Assembly (NCBI GenBank): GCA_012798335.1
Contig: JAAZNJ010000004.1
Coordinates: 1 to 47,371, forward strand
DNA: 47,371 bases
Reading direction: 5' to 3'
Source of the DNA: Candidatus Woesearchaeota archaeon
GTDB taxonomy: Archaea > Nanobdellota > Nanobdellia > Pacearchaeales > GW2011-AR1
The notes under the pieces are model-generated. The model made no database searches. It had not been told where the DNA came from and was given only the letters and a program-made list of their open reading frames with translations. How positions within the stretch are numbered: the stretch's first letter is position 1; each line of letters begins with the position of its first letter. Below, one piece after another: positions 43,585-47,371 of the stretch. A program made the position numbers and the translations under genes.

Positions 43585-44955
43585 ATGCTAGAAAAATTAG
43601 GAAACGCTATAAAAAAAGCAACAGATAAAATTGCTAATGCAATATTTTTAAACAAAGAAGAATTAGATGAAATTGTAAGAGAATTACAAAGAGCATTAAT
43701 AGAAGCTGATGTAAACATTTTCTTAGTTAAAGAATTAAGTGAAAAAATAAGAAAAGAAGGATTAGATGAGAGAATTAAAGGAATTGAAAAAAAAGAACAT
43801 CTTATTAAATTATTGCATGATGAATTAACTTCTATTTTAGGGGAATATTCTCCATTAAAATTAAATTCAAGAAGGAATGTAATAATTCTCTTAGGTTTAT
43901 ATGGAAGTGGTAAAACAACAACAATTGCAAAATTAGGAAATTATTATGCAAAAAGAGGTTTTAAAGTTGCTTTAGTAGGTTTAGATGTTTATAGGCCTGC
44001 TGCTTCAGAGCAATTAAAACAATTAGCTGAAAAAAATAAATTAAATTATTTTATTGATATAAAAGAAAAAAATCCTGTAAAAATATTAAGAGAATATGAA
44101 AAAAAATTAGAAGATTATAACTTAATTTTAATAGATACAGCAGGAAGACACACATTAGATGAAGATTTAATAAAAGAAATAAAAAATATAGAAAAAGAAG
44201 CAAAGCCAACAGAATCAATTCTTGTAATTCCTGCAGATATTGGCCAATCTGCAAAAAATCAATCAAAACAATTCAAAGAAGCTGTTAATATTTCTGGAGT
44301 TATAGTAACAAGAATGGATTCTACAGCAAAAGCAGGAGGAGCTTTAACAGCTTGCGCAGAAACAAAATCTCCAATCTACTTTATAACTAATGGTGAAAAA
44401 ATAAACGATATAGAAGAGTTTAATCCTTCTTCTTTTCTTTCAAGACTTTTAGGATTAGGGGATTTAGATTCTTTAATTCAAAAAATAAATTTGATAACAG
44501 ATGAACAAAAGCAGAAAAAAATTCAAAAAAACATTGAAGAAGGAAAATTAAGATTAGAAGATGTTATAGAACAAGTAAAGTCTATGAACGAGATAGGCGG
44601 ATTATCTAAGATTAAATCTTTAATTCCAGGATTTTCAGATATAGACAAAAAAATATCTAATGATTTAATTGAAAACCAGCAAGAAAAAATAAAGAGATGG
44701 GAACATATAATTAAATCTATGACAGAAGAAGAAAAAGAAAATCCAGAAATAATAGAAAAACAAAATTCAAGATTACAAAGAATAGCAAAGGGTTCAGGTA
44801 CAACAACAAGCGAAGTTAGAGCTTTATTAAAGCAATACAAACTTTTAAATGAAGTTATTAAATCAGGAGTTAATTCTAATAATTTTTCTGGAATGATGAG
44901 TCAAAAACAGATGATGAAATTTGCAAAAAAGTTTGGAAAAAAATTAAAATTCTAA
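43585..44955 (+). CDS. srp54: Signal recognition particle protein SRP54
   Basis: NG domain GLYGSGKTTTIAKLG, DTAGR, VTRMDSTAKAGGAL, plus a Met-rich M-domain tail. Confidence 0.9.
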   Translation: MLEKLGNAIKKATDKIANAIFLNKEELDEIVRELQRALIEADVNIFLVKELSEKIRKEGLDERIKGIEKKEHLIKLLHDELTSILGEYSPLKLNSRRNVIILLGLYGSGKTTTIAKLGNYYAKRGFKVALVGLDVYRPAASEQLKQLAEKNKLNYFIDIKEKNPVKILREYEKKLEDYNLILIDTAGRHTLDEDLIKEIKNIEKEAKPTESILVIPADIGQSAKNQSKQFKEAVNISGVIVTRMDSTAKAGGALTACAETKSPIYFITNGEKINDIEEFNPSSFLSRLLGLGDLDSLIQKINLITDEQKQKKIQKNIEEGKLRLEDVIEQVKSMNEIGGLSKIKSLIPGFSDIDKKISNDLIENQQEKIKRWEHIIKSMTEEEKENPEIIEKQNSRLQRIAKGSGTTTSEVRALLKQYKLLNEVIKSGVNSNNFSGMMSQKQMMKFAKKFGKKLKF

Positions 44956-44956
44956 A

Positions 44957-45583
44957 ATGTCAAAACAAGAATTAATACAACGAGGAGCAGAAGCAAAAAT
45001 ATTTTTAGATAAAGAAAAAAATTTGATTATTAAGGAAAGAATAAAAAAAGGTTATAGAATAAACGAGATAGATCATAAGATTAGAAAACAAAGAACTAAA
45101 GCAGAAAAGAAAATATTGAAAAAAGCTTCTGAAATAATCAATAGCCCAAAACCAAAAGAAGAAGATGAAGATTACAAGATTATAATTCCGTATATAAAAG
45201 GAAAAAAGATTTCTGAAAGTTTAGAAGAGTTTGAGATAGAAAAACAAAAAAAGATTATGAGAGAGATAGGGAATAAAATTGCAAAACTTCACAATAATAA
45301 TATAATTCATGGAGATTTAACAACAAGCAATTTTATTTTTAATGAAGAAGAAAATAAAACTTATACAATAGATTTTGGTTTAGGTTTTATAAGTCAAAAA
45401 ATAGAGGACAAAGCAGTTGATTTGCATTTACTTAAACAAGCTTTAGAAACAAAACATTCTTCTAATTACCAAGTATTTTTTGAGGAATTTCTTGAAGGTT
45501 ATAAAAAAGAAAGCAAGGACTTTGATAAAATTCTTCAAAGACTTAAGGCCTTAGAAAAGCGTGGAAGATATAAAGGGGGATAA
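44957..45583 (+). CDS. bud32: Bud32/PRPK-type atypical kinase (KEOPS component)
   Basis: GAEAKIF, catalytic loop IIHGDLTTSNFIF, IDFGLG. Length is ~208 aa. Confidence 0.8.
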   Translation: MSKQELIQRGAEAKIFLDKEKNLIIKERIKKGYRINEIDHKIRKQRTKAEKKILKKASEIINSPKPKEEDEDYKIIIPYIKGKKISESLEEFEIEKQKKIMREIGNKIAKLHNNNIIHGDLTTSNFIFNEEENKTYTIDFGLGFISQKIEDKAVDLHLLKQALETKHSSNYQVFFEEFLEGYKKESKDFDKILQRLKALEKRGRYKGG

Positions 45584-45635
45584 AAGCTCCACCAGCTATA
45601 TCATCCTCCTGGCATTTCCGTATGAGATAAATATC

Positions 45636-46796
45636 TTACTCTAAAAAGAACTTATACCCATTAGCTATAATTTTATTCTTTAACTTTATTTTATTAAAAA
45701 CTTCTAACTGTTTTTCGTTAAGCTCTTGGTTATATTTTGTTTCAATTAAACTGTCTTTTGTGATGAAATCTATTTCTATTGAATTTTCTAAATAATAATT
45801 AGGATTTTTATTTTTAATCTTTAAGAATACGAGATTTTCATAACTTGCTCCCAAATCCTTAAATCCAGTTATAACATTTTTTATTCCTACATCTCCAATA
45901 TAGATTTTTTTAGGAGATGTTACTTTCTCATTAGTAGACTTAGAATATCTGTCAACAACATAAAATAAATATGCCTTTTCAAAGTAACCTACGTATCTTT
46001 TAACACTATCTACTGAAATTTTTAATAGTTCTGCAAGTTTATTATAACTCATAGGTTTTCCAACCCCTTGGCATAGTAATACAAATAATTCTTTTACTGC
46101 TTTTTCTCCAGATATTTTATAATAAGCTATTATATCCTTATAGACAATGCTCTCAACTAATTCATTTAAATAAGCTCTATCTTCAGTTAAGACAAAGTAA
46201 GGTATTCCTCCAATTCTCAAGTAATCTTTGAAATAACTTTCTAGTTTTGCTTTGTCCGCTTTTCCTATATCTGCTCCTTTAAATTTTAAAAATTCCTGGA
46301 AATTTAACGGCATTATTTCTATAGTTTTAGTTCTACCTGTAAGAAGAGCCTTTTTGTCCCTCATTAAAGTAGCAATGGAAGAAGAACAAATAATTTTTAA
46401 GTTTTCATTATCATATAAACTCTTTAATTCTTGCTCGAAATTATCTCTAGAAGTAACCTCATCTAAAAATAAATAGAAAAAGTCTGTTGCAGACTTCTTG
46501 TGAATCTTTCTATATTCTTCAATTAACTGATGAACCGAAAATCCTAAAAGATTAAAGGAGTCAAGTTGAATAAATAATATGTCTTCGGGTTTTGTTTGGT
46601 TAGTTAATAACTGGTTTATTGTCTGCATTAATAAAGTGGTTTTCCCAATTCTTCTAAGCCCTGTTAAAAATATTATTTCTTTATTTTTTATATTCTCAAA
46701 TATTTCATTTAGATAAATTTCCCGAGGTATACTCTTTTCTTTAAATTTTCCTTCCCACCAGGGATTCTGTTTATAAAGTTCTGATTCTATATCCAT
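45636..46796 (-). CDS. AAA-family ATPase with a DUF4143-like C-terminal domain
   Basis: NPWW start region, Walker A GLRRIGKTTL, Walker B FLFLDEV, and a C-terminal helix-turn-helix-like plus nuclease-like region typical of the AAA_14/DUF4143 architecture. Confidence 0.7.
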   Translation of the reverse strand: MDIESELYKQNPWWEGKFKEKSIPREIYLNEIFENIKNKEIIFLTGLRRIGKTTLLMQTINQLLTNQTKPEDILFIQLDSFNLLGFSVHQLIEEYRKIHKKSATDFFYLFLDEVTSRDNFEQELKSLYDNENLKIICSSSIATLMRDKKALLTGRTKTIEIMPLNFQEFLKFKGADIGKADKAKLESYFKDYLRIGGIPYFVLTEDRAYLNELVESIVYKDIIAYYKISGEKAVKELFVLLCQGVGKPMSYNKLAELLKISVDSVKRYVGYFEKAYLFYVVDRYSKSTNEKVTSPKKIYIGDVGIKNVITGFKDLGASYENLVFLKIKNKNPNYYLENSIEIDFITKDSLIETKYNQELNEKQLEVFNKIKLKNKIIANGYKFFLE

Positions 46797-47371
46797 AAAT
46801 ATTTTACCCTCCTCTAATTTATAAACTTTACTATCCCATCGTATAATTTAGCATATTTCTTTACGATGACATAAGATAGTTACTTTGCCCTAAGATTAAA
46901 AGTAAAAATAAGTAAAAGGATAATAATCTTATAAACAAAAATATCCCAATAAAAATCCCCCAGTATAGATAGCCCCACCAGCTCTTGAACTTAAAGTTAG
47001 ATAACCCTTATTTTGTGTGTTTTCGTATATTAAACACACAATTAAGATTATGATTCTATCATTTTTATAGTTTTCTCTTTCCTAAGAACTTAGTTCCGCA
47101 GAGAGTTTTTAATGATTAAAGTATTGCAATTAATAACCAAAATTAATAACTATTTTGAGAATGCACGATATGTTTTCGGAATCTGCGGAAATATACCCAA
47201 AATAATGAAAAGAAGATTTGCCTTATAGCGGAAAGCATTAATACAAATTCAAAAAAAATTCAAAAAAAACATTCTCAAAGAATAAAAAGATGAGTTAGGT
47301 CAATACCTCAAAAGTTATTAATTTTCGTTAACAACTGAAAATGGGAAAACAAAAATTAAAACTTATTAAAA

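Noticed and set aside
4172-44840. The many 60-140-aa ORFs antisense to or nested in longer genes (for example 4172-4387, 5725-6009, 6473-6751, 7587-8021, 8393-8644, 9827-10102, 12897-13166, 13335-13613, 13761-14003, 18187-18438, 20894-21178, 24480-24680, 25100-25372, 30082-30318, 40720-41136, 44523-44840)
   Set aside because: Each lies wholly inside a longer ORF with recognisable homology or a coherent domain structure. Their translations are Phe/Leu/Ser/Ile-rich, as expected for the antisense of K/E/N-rich AT-biased genes.
45586-46982. GC(T/C)CCACCAGCT on both sides of the DUF4143 ATPase gene (45586-45597 and 46971-46982) as possible att-like direct repeats
   Set aside because: The match is only 9 exact nt. 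The related CCACCAGC also occurs in the tRNA-Arg intron repeat. There is no integrase or other mobility signature, so it may be chance.

Overview
AT-rich, gene-dense archaeal chromosome segment. The gene set and style suggest a DPANN-type archaeon; this is inference only. Most of the window is core information-processing genes: TFB, TFE, SRP54, FtsY, EndA, RNase Z, an Sm-like protein, GINS, Bud32, AlaRS, GlyRS, archaeosine TGT, deoxyhypusine synthase and ribosomal proteins S17e, S8e, L44e and S3Ae. There are seven tRNA genes, two with introns. Two regions stand out. (1) A ~6.3 kb island at 19.5-25.8 kb sits between the Sm-like gene and rps8e. It holds a 62-codon tyrosine-recombinase remnant on the minus strand and seven plus-strand genes in three blocks: a CcrM/HinfI-like restriction-modification pair, a four-gene block of unknown function ending in nucleotidyltransferase and HIT genes, and a SAM-methyltransferase. 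The blocks are separated by G+C-rich spacers built from shared sequence modules, with nested direct repeats (77 nt outer, 98 nt perfect inner) and one attC-like imperfect palindrome ending in GTTAGGC. I read this as an integron-like or CALIN-like cassette array, or a product of serial integrations, and it is my top candidate for follow-up. (2) A minus-strand operon at 27.4-36.7 kb encodes a 2122-aa secreted giant protein and two partners that share a Cys/His papain-fold-like C-terminal module. Smaller oddities include a 102-nt tRNA-Arg intron made of a perfect 37-nt duplication, two tRNA genes 7-8 nt upstream of start codons, a tRNA-Leu whose anticodon I read as AAG, a 293-aa [FeFe]-hydrogenase-like protein, and a short bacterial-type AlaRS. 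No CRISPR array or rRNA gene was seen.
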